From: Harriotta raleighana | Taxonomy: Eukaryota | Assembly: GCA_050575255.1 (NCBI GenBank) | Contig: JBNZDD010013684.1 | Span: forward strand, 4,623,055 to 4,687,054 | Direction of reading: 5' to 3' | Length of the DNA: 64,000 nucleotides | Shown here: in pieces, positions 12,591 through 24,482 of the stretch | Layout: each line of letters begins with the position of its first letter | How positions within the stretch are numbered: the stretch's first letter is position 1 | Translations under genes and position numbers: made by a program | Notes under the pieces: model-generated | What the model was told of the DNA's origin: nothing | The model's input: only the letters and a program-made list of their open reading frames with translations | Database searches by the model: none

Positions 12591-12900
12591 GGAGTCATGT
12601 AGCTCAATGGTTAGAGTACTCGCCTTCCAACCTTGAGAACTGTGTTCGAATCCAGGCAGGGCGAAACCTTGGGCAAGTTTCCTTACTCCACATGCCTAAT
12701 AATAATCTAAAAAAAAATAAAAAATTGGTCATTTCAATCCACGATTGTTTGTCGGATGGTGCTGTGCGCAATTGGCTGCCCCGTTTCGCCCACAAATATG
12801 CAGTTAATTCACTTTACTATATATTCTGTGAAGCGTGTTGAGACGTCTAGAAGACGTGAAAAGCGCTGCATTAATTGCAAGGATTATTATTATTAGTAGT
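12591..12900 (+). mobile_element. Full-length tRNA-derived SINE, short subfamily
   Basis: Head with B box gttcgaatcc, body and tail gagacgtctagaagacgtgaaaagcgct..ggattattattatt. Confidence 0.92.
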
Positions 12901-13020
12901 ATTACTATAATGTATGCGTTAGGAATCAATCTGTTCTGCTTACAGCACAGCTGTACTGGGTAGCAGTTCATGTGCCCTGATTAACCACGTCCTGTAGTCT
13001 GTGCTGTCAGAGCGCATTCA

Positions 13021-13145
13021 TTAGAATCATAGAAATCTACAGTACAGAAGGAGGTCATTTGGCCCTTCAAGGCTGTGCTGACTCCGAAAACAAGATCTAT
13101 TCAATCCCACCACCCCCACCTTATTCCAATACCCCTTCAAGCCCT
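13021..13145 (-). mobile_element. CR1-type 3' end
   Basis: tagaatcatagaaatctacagtacagaaggaggtcatttggccc is the reverse complement of a typical CR1 3' terminus. Confidence 0.7.
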
Positions 13146-13155
13146 TTTCATTCAC

Positions 13156-13465
13156 TGTAGCTTAGTAGTTAGAGTACTCACTCGCAAGTGAGAGGACTGG
13201 GCCCAATTCTTGGGCATGACAAAACTTTTAAGTAAGGTTGCTTACTCCACACGTCTATTTACCTAGCAGTAAGTAGGATCTTCCCTTCACAAAACAAAAT
13301 AATAATTTGGTCACTCAATCCACGACTGTTTGTGGGACACTGCTGTGCGCAATTGGCTGGCGCGATTCACCCACAAAATATATAGTCAATTCACTTTACA
13401 GTATATTTGATATATCTTGAAGACATGTTAAGATGGTACATCAAATGCAAGAATTATTATTATTT
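13156..13465 (+). mobile_element. tRNA-derived SINE, long-type with internal deletion
   Basis: Head tgtagcttagtagttagagtactc, segment tctatttacctagcagtaagtagga, family body and tail. Confidence 0.85.
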
Positions 13466-13499
13466 ACACAAACTCAAAAGTACCTGCAAACGCTTTGAT

Positions 13500-13810
13500 G
13501 CACCATATCATCCACCCTTGCCCGACTCCACTGGCTTCCCATCACACAGAGGATAAAGTTCAAGTTTCTGGTACTCGCCTTCAAAGCCCTCCATGGACTC
13601 TCTCCCCCCTACCTTTGCGACCTCTTAACCCCCCCACCAGCCTGTCTGCTCCCTCTGCTCGGCGGACTCCAGCCTGCTTCCCGTCCCCCACCTTGCATGG
13701 CCCCCACCATTCAGGCGGGCCTTCAGCCATTCTGCCCACACCCTCTGAAATTCCATCCAGCAGTCCCTCTGCCTCACCCCATCCCTTGCTTCCTTCAAGA
13801 CCCACCTCAA
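13500..13810 (+). mobile_element. L2 LINE ORF2 C-terminal fragment
   Basis: catatcatccacccttgcccgactccactggcttcccatc..aaagttcaagtttctgg (HI.P.L..LHWLP..KFK motif). Confidence 0.8.
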
Positions 13811-14199
13811 GTGCTTTGCAATATCTTGACGAGAAATGTTTCATATATTTGTAACTTATATTGTGTTGTATTGTAAACCACCTTGAACGCTTAACAGTGG
13901 CAGAGACATGCTCCACCATAGTTAAGCGCTGTGAGACGCGTGAACTGTCTTATTGAACTGTCTTAGTCACTGAAGGTGGGATACATGGAAATTTCAGCTT
14001 GGTTTGGATATTCTTAAGCCTGGTGATGGATTTCCACATGTGTCAGACACCCAGCTGATAGACAAAACAATAGAAAAGTCGCACATCACTTTTATGTCTG
14101 CTTTTGTGCCTGACTCTTATCATCCAGTTGCTATTTTTAGCCGAAAGTTTTCCAACTACATTTTCAAAAAACAAAAGTTATGTTCAAAACAAAGAGTCC

Positions 14200-14550
14200 A
14201 CTCCCCTGATGAGTTTGTTCAGTGAAATAGCTGAATCATACAGGAAAGGCTCTGTCTGGTTGATCCTAGGTCTCAACTGATCTTCCCTAGAGTGATATTT
14301 AGGAGTACAATGCTTGGCCTTTGTTCCTTGGTTAAGAAAAGAAAAACAAGTTATAGTTCCTGCTCCTGATTGCCCTCCTTGCTGGAGGGTGTTGGACGGG
14401 ATCTAACTCTGCTACGACAATGTGCACAATTTAAATAGTCTGGTAATGCTGTTGAGGTTGCATGTAAATAATACCCAATGGGACGTGAGACACAGGAGCA
14501 CACTTAATCTCAGTTGGTGGCATGATTTCAACTCCTTGATAAGAAGGAAG
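14200..14550 (+). mobile_element. Old dispersed SINE-like repeat (second family)
   Basis: gttgatcctaggtctc..gttcctgctcctgattgc..aaatagtctgg motifs shared with other copies. Confidence 0.55.
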
Positions 14551-15700
14551 ACAATTGGTAGAAATAGTGGCTGTACATGAATTGATTGCCCACAAAATAC
14601 ATAGTCATTGATAACAATAATAATAATTCTTGCATTTGATACAGCGCCTTATCATGTCTTCAAGACATCTCAAAGCACTTCACAAAGTATACCACCCACA
14701 GCACACCCAAATGCGAAAGGACCTATTATCAAGTGTAAGGTTTACTATTGTTATCATCATCACTTATCATAGTGTTTTACTTTGAAGGTAGAAATTTTGC
14801 TTGGAACATTTTAGGCTTAGTTGTTTTGCTGGCAGTGAAGAATGTGTACTATTTGACACCGGATTCAGAAGTGCCGAGGATTGTATTCATGACATTTAGC
14901 TGCAAATATCAATATGTTGAGAACGTTAGTTTATTTAAAAGGAAGTGCAGTACATTTGACCAGCTTGTCTTTGAATAACTACTGTGGGCTTAGTAACCAA
15001 TTTTGTTATTGGTGTAGCCTGATTTTGAGAGTGAAAGCTGAGAAGATTCTGAAACATACAATCTAATCAATGCATTGAATGACGTTAATCATCCCAAGTT
15101 AATTTGTGAGGTGCTAAAAGACATGGTTATTACAGTTAGGTTTGGCTGACTGCCTTGCTATTGGGATGTTGAAATGTTGAACTTCCTTGTCCCTGGAGAT
15201 TTGGTTTGTAACCATTTTTATACGTGTCTGAGCGAAACTACCAACATGCCACTAAATGAAGGTACACTGCAGTTAATACTGCAACAAGCCTGCACAAACT
15301 CATTTCCCACAGAACCTTGTAAAACAAGTTGTGAGGAAAAAATATTGATTCATTTAATATGTGTTGGACTCACATGGAGGCCCAGGAAATGGAAGCATTC
15401 TGCAAACTGAAAGTTTGAGCGTGCTCCAATAAGAATCATCCTTGCTTTGNTACATTTTGAAATATACAAAGTGAAGTGTTTTTCCTCTTGCACCTTTCCT
15501 CCCTCTTCACCCCTCAAAAAAAATCACTATCCTAACCCAATGATTGCGTTATTTGGAATCAATGTAATGGTTTGTTGTCGCCTTTTATCTGCCATGTGCA
15601 GAGTTCTGCTGAACTAATGGACAATGTTGGTTCAGCTTCATTGCAAACCTGACAATGCAGCTGGCACTGACTTTTTAAACTGAAAGTTTGAGCGTGCTCC

Positions 15701-16050
15701 AATAAGAATCATCCTTGCTTTGATAGAGCGTTTTATCACATCTTCTAGACAATTTAAAAGCGCTTTACAGAATATACTTATCAATTGAATTGACTTATAT
15801 TTTGTGGGCGAAACGTAGCAACCAATTGCAGTGTCCCACTAACAATTGTGGATTAAGTGACTAAATTATTTATATATATTTTTGAAGGGATTATCACTTC
15901 CGGAAAAGTAATCCGCCAATTGACTTAATAACTATGCTCCTACATACTGCTAGGTAAACAGAGGCATGTGGAGTGAGAATACTTCCCCAACGTTATGCCC
16001 TGCCTAGCATCGAACCCAGGTCCTCTCGCTTGCAAAGCGAATACTCTAAA
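15701..16050 (-). mobile_element. Near full-length tRNA-derived SINE, long subfamily
   Basis: Tail, body, atccgccaattgact..tgctaggtaaacagagg segment and head cgaacccaggtcctctcgcttgcaaagcga. Confidence 0.88.
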
Positions 16051-16429
16051 TTTTCTCTAAATCAGTTCTAAATCAATTCAGTGCACACTTACCTGGTGAA
16101 GTTGCGTCCCACTAAGTGAACAAGTTTAATTGCATTTTACATCTTAAACACCATTCATTTTTGGTAACAGTGCATAGGAATTTGTGTGACTTGCTACTTT
16201 AAACCCGTTGCAAATAATTGGTTGAGAAACTGAAACAAGCCTCCCGTTTTTTAGAGTCCAATCCTATGATTTCTGAATGCTGCCTTTGTTTCCTTAGGTT
16301 TACAAGTTCAGAGTGGATTATTTTTGCATTACTTTCAATCCAAACATCTGGAAATCAGAGCCCTGAATGAGGTTGAAATATTGATGTTATGCTGCGTTTA
16401 TAGTGCATTCCTGTCTTTGTCGATGCTGT

Positions 16430-16730
16430 TGAATCCTATAGCTCAGTGGTTGGAGCACTCTCCTTACAAGCATGAGACCTGTGTTCGAATCCAGGCAGGT
16501 CGAAATCTTGGGCAAGTTTCCTTACTCCATATGCCTGATAATAATCCCTCAAAAAAAATGAAATGTGTCAATTCAATCCACAACTGTTTGTGGGACACTG
16601 CTGTGTGCTATTGGCTGCCGCATTTCACCCACAAATATACAGTCAATTCACTTTACGGTATATTCTGTGAAGCACTTTGAGACGTCTGGAAAACGTGAAA
16701 AGCACTACATCAAATGCAAGGATTATTAAT
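16430..16730 (+). mobile_element. Full-length tRNA-derived SINE, short subfamily
   Basis: tagctcagtggttggagcactctccttacaagcatgagacctgtgttcgaatcc head, body and tail. Confidence 0.92.
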
Positions 16731-17066
16731 ACTGTATTAAGACACCTCGTTTCGAGATGGGTTCTCTGCTGGAGCTGATGCTGGCGGCTGCGCTTGCTTC
16801 CACGGACAAGTTGAGCTACCTGGGTATTTCACTCCGTCACCCCACTTCCCACTTTATCTCCTTAGATGATGATGATGGAAAAATAATAATTATTTGATTT
16901 AGTGTCTGATCATGTCTTCAAGATGTCTTAAAGCGCTTCACAGATTATACCTTAAAGTGAATTGACTGTATAGTTTGTGGGTGAAATTGAATGTACATTA
17001 CAGCATATACTGTGAAGCACTTTTAAGTCATCCCTCCCACCCCCTCCTGGAATATATTACTGAATA

Positions 17067-17438
17067 CAGTAAAACCCCATGTATCCGGTACCCTCAGGGG
17101 TGGGGGGTGGGTTGATTGCTTATGCCGGATATTCGGGCGGCAACTTGCCAAAAACCCAACATAAAAAAATTAATTTATTTTAAAACATACCATATTAATA
17201 ATAGACTAAATAGTAACAGAATATTGTATGTATACTTACCAATAAAGCGTTCCAGCACACTCGGTAAAATGATTGGTAATAAAAATTATTCCAGCATTCG
17301 TAAATTTAATAAGTGCGCATGAGCACGCATTGCACGCATGCGGAAAGTGAGCATACTTGCGATTGCCCGAATGGGGAGGCAACCTGTTGGGTTTGATTGT
17401 TCCAGTTGGTTGGGTGCCAGACAAACGGGCTTTTACTG
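17067..17438. mobile_element. Tigger/pogo-like MITE (Tc1/mariner superfamily)
   Basis: Imperfect TIRs CAGTAAAACCCC..TATCCGGTACCC / GGGTGCCAGACAAACGGGCTTTTACTG, flanked by TA on both sides (17065-66, 17439-40). Confidence 0.85.
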
Positions 17439-17449
17439 TATACTGTAAA

Positions 17450-17692
17450 TCTCAGCCTGACTCAAATGGTAACACGCTCGCTTGCCTGAGTCAGAAGGTT
17501 GTGAGTTCATGCTCCATTTGGAACTCGTATAGTCTTTACTGATACTCTCATTGTCGGAGGTGCTGTCCTTCAGATGAGACATCAATATAGTCACTGCACT
17601 TTATGGTAAATCTTGTGAAGTGCTTTGATATGTCCTGCTAACATGCATGGCGCTATATCATATGTAAGGATTATTATTATTATTATTATTAT
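17450..17692 (+). mobile_element. Old DeuSINE (SacSINE1-like) remnant
   Basis: Head cttgcctgagtcagaaggttgtgagttca, Deu motif cattgtcggaggtgctgtccttcagatgagac, L2-like tail and (ATT)n. Confidence 0.75.
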
Positions 17693-20600
17693 CACTATAC
17701 TTCGGTTGCTGTATGTTCCGGCAACATTCACAATTTGTTACGCTGACTCTTGATTTTAGCCGTCTTGTTCTGTCTCTCTCATCTTTTCTCCTCTATCCCT
17801 TTCGTTGTTGTCTATCAAAATCTTCCGTTCCTGTTTTTAAACACATGATAAAGGTAATCCACGCAGGAATGTTGCTGACATGCCTCCACCTGTTTGTGCT
17901 TCTGAATTACCTACCAGTCAGCACTTGGTGCCCTTATTGCGGCCACCCTTTGAAACAATGCTGAGAAGTTAATGCTGCGTTACCCGTCACTCATACTGTG
18001 CTGCAAGAATAGTACTTCAGTATTTACAGAGATATCCATCAGATCTCTGTCTGTAGCAGTGTGGCGGACGAGGAGTATGTTGCTCACTTGCTTCTTGTAT
18101 GTATCCCTTGTTTTAATAACTGGAGCAAGCATGTTCTATTAAATTCAAGGTAATGCAATAGTCAAAGACACCTATTCCCCATTCCCTTCTCTTTTGAAAG
18201 CAGTGTTTCACACAGGAGTAAACCTCCACAAGTGTCCACAGTTCTTTAGCATCTTTCCCGTGGTAAAGAACTTTGTGTGCAAGTCTATTGTTAACAGGAT
18301 ATCGAAGCACAAAGTGCAGCATCACAGAGCTTGACCCCTATCCTCTCTAGACACCCACGTATTGTGCACTTTGCAGCCAGGGGTCACTGAAAAGAATAGG
18401 AACTCTTTCTCTTTTCTATACCCTCCCATCATTCCAGCTGAAGTTAGCTAACTCAGCAATGATGAGGGTTTGAGCTTGGACTTTCCTGGTCTTATTTGGC
18501 TCAGTGCACACTGACTAGATTATAAGATTGCCCGCTGAAACAGTTCACAGAATGGTTTGCACCGAGCCAAATAATTCACTGGGACATACCCTGATAAATA
18601 TGCAACACTGAAGTTACAAAATTGATTTGGACTTTAGCACAGAGCGCCTTCAAATCAGTTCCAACAGCAAACAGTACCGTTCAGCAGGTTGAAGTCTTGT
18701 TTTTCTTTTGTGTAATGATAACATTTTGGGTGTTATTGGATGAACCAAAAAGGCCATCACAACAATTTTTTTTACAACTTTCTAACTATCCATCACCACT
18801 TCACGAAGTCTTTTAATTAGAAGTTCATGTATGCAGAGGTTTGGGGGGATTATGAAACCGGAGGAGGTAGAGATAGAGTAGATAAGAATAATAATAATGT
18901 TGCATTTGATATATCGCCTTATTACACCATTGAGATGTCTCAAAGCGCTTCACAGAATGTACTGTAAAGTGAATTGACTATATTTTGTGGGCTTTAGATA
19001 GCTTCAACATGGGTTCTGGGGATCTTTATGGTTCCCTATTGCAGTGTAACTTCCATAATTATCAATGCTTTGCCTTTGAAATAATTCATATGCAAACATT
19101 CCCAATCCATTAGTTATAGTTTGTTAATAATAGATGTGAAAAATAGGTAACTGTTCCAATCCTAAAACTAGGTTATTTCAGCTGTCTTCCATGATGTAGT
19201 GGGAAGACTTGAGCAGAGCGATTTGCAATTTTGAAACATCTGTTCCCCTAGTTGCAATGTAAAATAATACGTATCCATTTGTTTGATTTGTTCTTGTGTT
19301 GAAAATCTAGGTGTTGATGAGATCTAAATCCACTGAGACAGAAAATGCTCGCTCCCTTCTTATCATTGCAGTTGCCTGTCTTTTACATCTAAGGCCTTGG
19401 AAAGAGCCAGTTACGAATTCACCCCCCCTCTACTCTATCACTGTCCATCCACCTCCCACAGAACAAAACATCTGTTCAGCATTTGAGAATTCAGCTGTTG
19501 CCTTGCTGTGCACTGGGATCTGGCTACATGTATGAGCGCCTGGTAACATCATTCGCATGCAATGGTAGTTTGGTATGCGGAGATCATGTTGCAGTGGGTG
19601 GTAGTGAATGAAGCTTATTACTGTACTGTAAAATCCCACACCACATGCCCCTTATTATTTGGAGGATGAATTAGCTGAGAAACGTGGTATTTTGTGTGGG
19701 TTTGGCATTGTGTTTTGGCAATCATTGGCAGTGATCCAGTTTCTGAAAATCCAGCAATTGCTCTGGAGCGAAGCTCAGATGTTTTGGATGCAGTGGGACA
19801 ATGGCTGTGACAGATCTTGTCAGTGCTGGGGCTTCTGATGTGGTTTACATGCTTTTCCTTTGGTTAACATAGAGCAGCTGTATATATACTGTGTGTGCAC
19901 TCTGTGTTGTATGGTATTTGATTTGCAGCTCAGTCTTGTGTTTATATAAGGTGTATGGTATTTTATTTACACCTCATTCTGGTGAATAATACATTGTATA
20001 GTATAATATTTTGGTCTCCCTGTAATATTCTGGTGACACCATTGTCCTTTATCTACAGGGTGTAGAATCTAGTATCAGAGCAAGTCTGTGCGGCTTTTTC
20101 AGGGGTGAAGAAAAACGTAATAGTTTTTTCAAAATCCAATATAATTTCACAAAAAATTGGTCACTGCAGTTAGTTAAAAGCTTTCTCTTCCTCATTGCCA
20201 GAGATCTGAAACTGCAGATGAATCTGTCAGCTGGGGGCTCTTTACATACTGTAAAGGGCTGTCACCTTAACTGGTCGTGAAATTATGGATGTTCAACTCC
20301 AGCGAAGCAGACATTCATTATCCTGTGATTACCATAAAAGAATAGTGCACGCTCCACTGTCTATTAGTTACAATTGTCTGCATTCATTCCCCTAGTGAAT
20401 AGTTCAGTTATCAAATGTAGGAGTGACCATAGCCTTGGAACGACAAAGTCCCGTCTCCATAGCGCGCACACCTTCATCGCAAGGAGTGGCAGAATAAGTG
20501 TTGATCTGACAACAGGAGATGTTCACCTACAAAATACAGTGTTGCTACATTTTACAGTATATCGTGTGAAGCGCTCATGACTTGATCTGTCTCATCATAT

Positions 20601-20759
20601 CAACTGTAAGCATTATCATTATGTTTATTATGATAGTCACGCTGGACCTTTAGCTGTAATAGAACTGCGCAAAATTACAAACGATAACATGACCATGTCA
20701 TGTCCCTCACTCTCCTATTGCCATCAGGCCAGGTCCAAACAGGATATTGAACCATTGAC

Positions 20760-21150
20760 AATAATAACAAAATTACACTTGTATAGCACCTTTCACATCA
20801 GGAGGACGTCCCAAGGCGCTGAATAGTCTTTGTTTCAGACACGAGCTGGGGTCGGGGACGGGGAGGGTGGAAGGAAATGGAGGGATTTGGGTGACCAATG
20901 AAACCGTCGAAGAGGAGGGTCTTGAGTCGGGACTTGAAGCAGGCTAGGGAGGGGACGAGCGGAGGGACTGTGGGATGGAGGGGTTAAGGGCAGAGTGGCT
21001 GAAGGCTCGCCCACCCAATGATGGTCAGGTGGATCAGGGTGCATTAAGTAGGCCGGAGTCCGCTGAGCGTAGTGGGTGGCCAGGTTGGTAGAAGATTAGG
21101 AGGTCGTACAGGGAGAGTGGGGCGAGGCCATGGAGGGCTTTGAATGTGAA
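20760..21150 (-). mobile_element. L2 LINE 3' fragment
   Basis: acaaaattacacttgtatagcacctttcacatcaggaggacgtcccaaggcgctg 3' end plus purine-rich body. Confidence 0.85.
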
Positions 21151-21477
21151 GTGCTGTGGAGTGCCCTCATGACACTAAGCAGTTGAGTGACCTTCCCACA
21201 TTGCCCAGTTAGGCTGTCAGATGAAGGAGTGATAATGGAGAGTCGTGGAACCATCCCTCTAATGGCTCTTCATCTCTACAGGAGCGAATCAGAGAGCTCA
21301 GATGGCAGAAAGAACGCTCAAGTCTAAACTATTTTCATAAACCAAGGCAGTGTTTAACCATCTAATTTCTAATCCTGTTCTGTTTACTGATTTTAACTGA
21401 GTAGTTGTGATCTTTGCCTTCGATCTAGTGCCTGCCTTATCATGTCTTTGAGATGTTTCAAAGCGCTTCTTAGAAGA

Positions 21478-21625
21478 TTTCTTGTGGACAAAGGGATTAA
21501 GGGATATGGGGATAAAGGGGGATAGGTGGAGTTAGATTAGAAGATCAGCCATGATCTTATTGAATGGCGGGGGAGGCTCGAGGGGCCAAATGGCCTACTC
21601 TTGCTCCTAATTCTTAAGTTCTTAA
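21478..21625 (+). mobile_element. CR1-type LINE 3' end nested in a minus-strand SINE tail (21425-21665)
   Basis: gatcagccatgatcttattgaatggcgggggaggctcgaggggccaaatggcctactcttgctcctaattcttaagttcttaa is a shark-type CR1 terminus. SINE sequence resumes at aatagactataaagtgaattgactg. Confidence 0.85.
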
Positions 21626-21929
21626 TAGACTATAAAGTGAATTGACTGTACATTTTGAGGGCAAAAGGTCTAAATTCCCAAGTCTCTTCTGAAACTCTTG
21701 ATTTCTTGGCCTTAGAACAATCTGAAGTGAACTTCCTGGAACGCCAGCTATGTGATTGAGCAGCGTTTCCTCTCTTTCACTGCTCGGTTCCAGGAGCCGT
21801 CATGCAGCCAGTCTGCTTTTCTTTAATTATTAGTGATCTTGGCAAAGTGAAGCAGCAACATCCATCATAAAGTGGGTCAGTAGCTCTTTCGCCCCGAGTG
21901 ATTCAACACACTTCTAAGAAGCCGCATGT

Positions 21930-22255
21930 TTCAGCGATCAGGGGTGGCTGGTCTCGACCCAATCAGGAATCAGATCACGATTGATTGACGGCTGGAGCCG
22001 CCTGCGATTGGCTGGAGCTGCCTGCGATTGGCTGGAGGCCCCAATCGTTCACAAGCAGCTCCAAGGCTGTTGATCATCTTGGAGCCGACACTGATTGGTC
22101 CCTTTCCCGTCCCCTTCCCATCCAATGGGAAAATCAGTGTGATGCCGCTCCTCGGCTGGGCGGGAAGAGATAACAGAACATTGATGAACATCGGACGCCA
22201 CTTAAGCTAGACAAAACGGCCAGCCCCGATGTTTCGGGCTAATCAGTTTCCACTG
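21930..22255. mobile_element. Probable Tigger-like DNA transposon fragment (right end only)
   Basis: CpG-rich block ending in gggctaatcagtttccactg|TA; left TIR not identified. Confidence 0.45.
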
Positions 22256-24189
22256 TACATGTTGAGTAACAACAAATATATATTATATTGGACAGTCACT
22301 GTTAGAGTTTTCCTTTTGCAGTTTGTAAAGTACGCCAAAGTCTACGGTAGGATTACTGATTGTAACTTTACCCTGGAGCATGAGCACACACATACATATG
22401 AGGGGTAAAATCTGCAGCTTTTTATTAAATATTTAGTGATAGTGTTACAAGGAATGTTTTTCTGTAGCACTATAGATTACTTCTCATTCTATAATTGTCA
22501 TGAGGCTTCACTCACCTGTCAATCAGCTCTCCTTAACAGGAGTGCAATGGAAACACAGCCCCCCAGCTGGTTTCTCCCGCACAACCCAATCTCCGGTCCA
22601 ACCTGCCTTTATGGAGACATATTTATTTTAAAAATGGCAGAAAATCAATTTTAATTGACTGATAGTGGGTGATGTTGAAATGCCACTATTTGAAGCAAAT
22701 ATTGAGTTTTAGAGTCTGGATTCCCCCTCCTACTCTTAGCAGCCAAGGATCACAGTGAGGAAGGGGGCGAGAATTTGCCTCCTTGGTTGAATATTTGAGA
22801 AGCAACTTGACACTGATTGGAGGACGGTGAGGCAGGCATCTGGGAGAGATAATTGGAATATTAGTATAATAGGCCAAAAGGCCTCTTTCAACAACAACAA
22901 CAAATTACATTAACAAATTAGATTTATATAGCGCCCTCCACACCAGGAAAAGATGGGACGAGGCAAGGGGAGTGAGGAGGGAGTTCCAGAGCCCTGTGTA
23001 AATGACATTTACACAGTGCCTTTCACATCAAGAGAAAGTCCCAAAGCGTTGGACATTTGGATCCAAGATGATCTTGTGAACACCCAGATACAGCTCAGTG
23101 TCTTAGCTCCCACATGAAAAATAGCTATTTGGACAGAGCATGAGGGGGTTACTGACGGTTGTGGAACCATGTCCCAAGGGAGGGAACGAGAGAGAGAACA
23201 AAGAGTTGGTTTATTAAGTGATGGCTAAGCTTAACATTCTTCTCTTCAGCCGCCACACAAAAAAAACCCTGTACTTGTGAATTTTTTTTAATTTTGTGCC
23301 AAGGAAACAATAAAGCTGTTTCAACTTTAAACCTGATACTTCTAAGAGATTAATTATGAAGCTGCCGATCCCAGTCTTACCAAAGGAAGAGAAAGCTAAT
23401 GTGAAGGACAGCAGAAAGTGCCTGTGGCATATACAGCAATATTCTTAAGAGAGATCCTTTGTTTCAGATTGAACTCGCCTCGCAAAAACAATGACCTAAT
23501 CTGTTTTTCAATTGAAAACTCGTATTTTAAGATGCTTCGACGTTTCCACCTGAATTGAGGTCACTGTACACCTGTTGGTGAGGATGTTTTGAGCAGTGAC
23601 ATGTGAATGTAGTTTGGGAATGAGGGCAGGCTCATTATGCACTGCCTCCCTCCATCCTCTCTCTTCAAGTCAAACCAATTCGTAAAGCAGTTTCACATAC
23701 AATAAAATTCTCTAAAAGTGCTTTACGGAATGAGAATAATTACAAATGAATTACATGAAATCTATAGCTCCAAAGCAGGTCATTTAGCTCAACTAGATAT
23801 GACAATTTTTATACTTCACTCCAGCCTCCTATTCCCCTTCCTCACACCCCTGTATCTCCTCCCTCGTGTGTGTCAAGTTCCCTTAAGTGTATTGCTGCTT
23901 TCTGCCTTAACCACAGCTTCTGACTGAGTCCCACATTCTCACTATGATCTACTTAAAGAGGTTAGTCCTAAACTCTTTCTTAGATCTGCTAAGATCTTGG
24001 GACATCCTCTTGACAGCTTTTCACTTGTAATTTGTTGCCGTTGTTGCTTGTGACGAACTGGTACATTTCCCTCTTGTAGTGAACTCACCATCAAGTGGCA
24101 AAGTGAAGTGTCAGCACAGTGTCGGTAAACACAACTAATTTGTGACAGCAACATCATGCAAATTACTCGATGTGCAGTTTAATAATTAG

Positions 24190-24482
24190 AATTTTTTTTC
24201 AAGGGAAAATGTAGGCGAAGGGAGGGAATATCAAAACGGATAACTGGACGAGAAGTGCGTTATTTTTAATCGCAACATGGAACCCAGGATGGGGGAGTGG
24301 GGTAGTTCACTCAAGATTTTCAGATGGAGGCAGAAAAATATTTGTTAGGTCAGGATAAGGGTTATAGGGTAGAGGCAGATAACTGGGATAACTGGATTCG
24401 AGGCATAGATCAATCAGGATCTATAAAATGGCAGAACAGGCTTGAGAGGCTGAATAGCCTCCTCCTGTTTCTATGTCTATAA
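24190..24482 (+). mobile_element. CR1-type LINE 3' fragment
   Basis: gataagggttataggg..gatcaatcaggatctataaaatggcagaacaggcttgagaggctgaatagcctcctcctgtttctatg. Confidence 0.75.

Noticed and set aside
12591-12660. tRNA-like sequences (also 8466, 16430, 26738, 31770, 44150, 32390)
   Set aside because: They have A/B boxes but no intact acceptor stem and run straight into SINE bodies, so they are SINE heads, not tRNA genes.
19590-19640. Possible miRNA-like hairpin (tggtagtgaa..ttattactg)
   Set aside because: The stem is only about 9 bp with many G-U pairs, too weak for a pre-miRNA.
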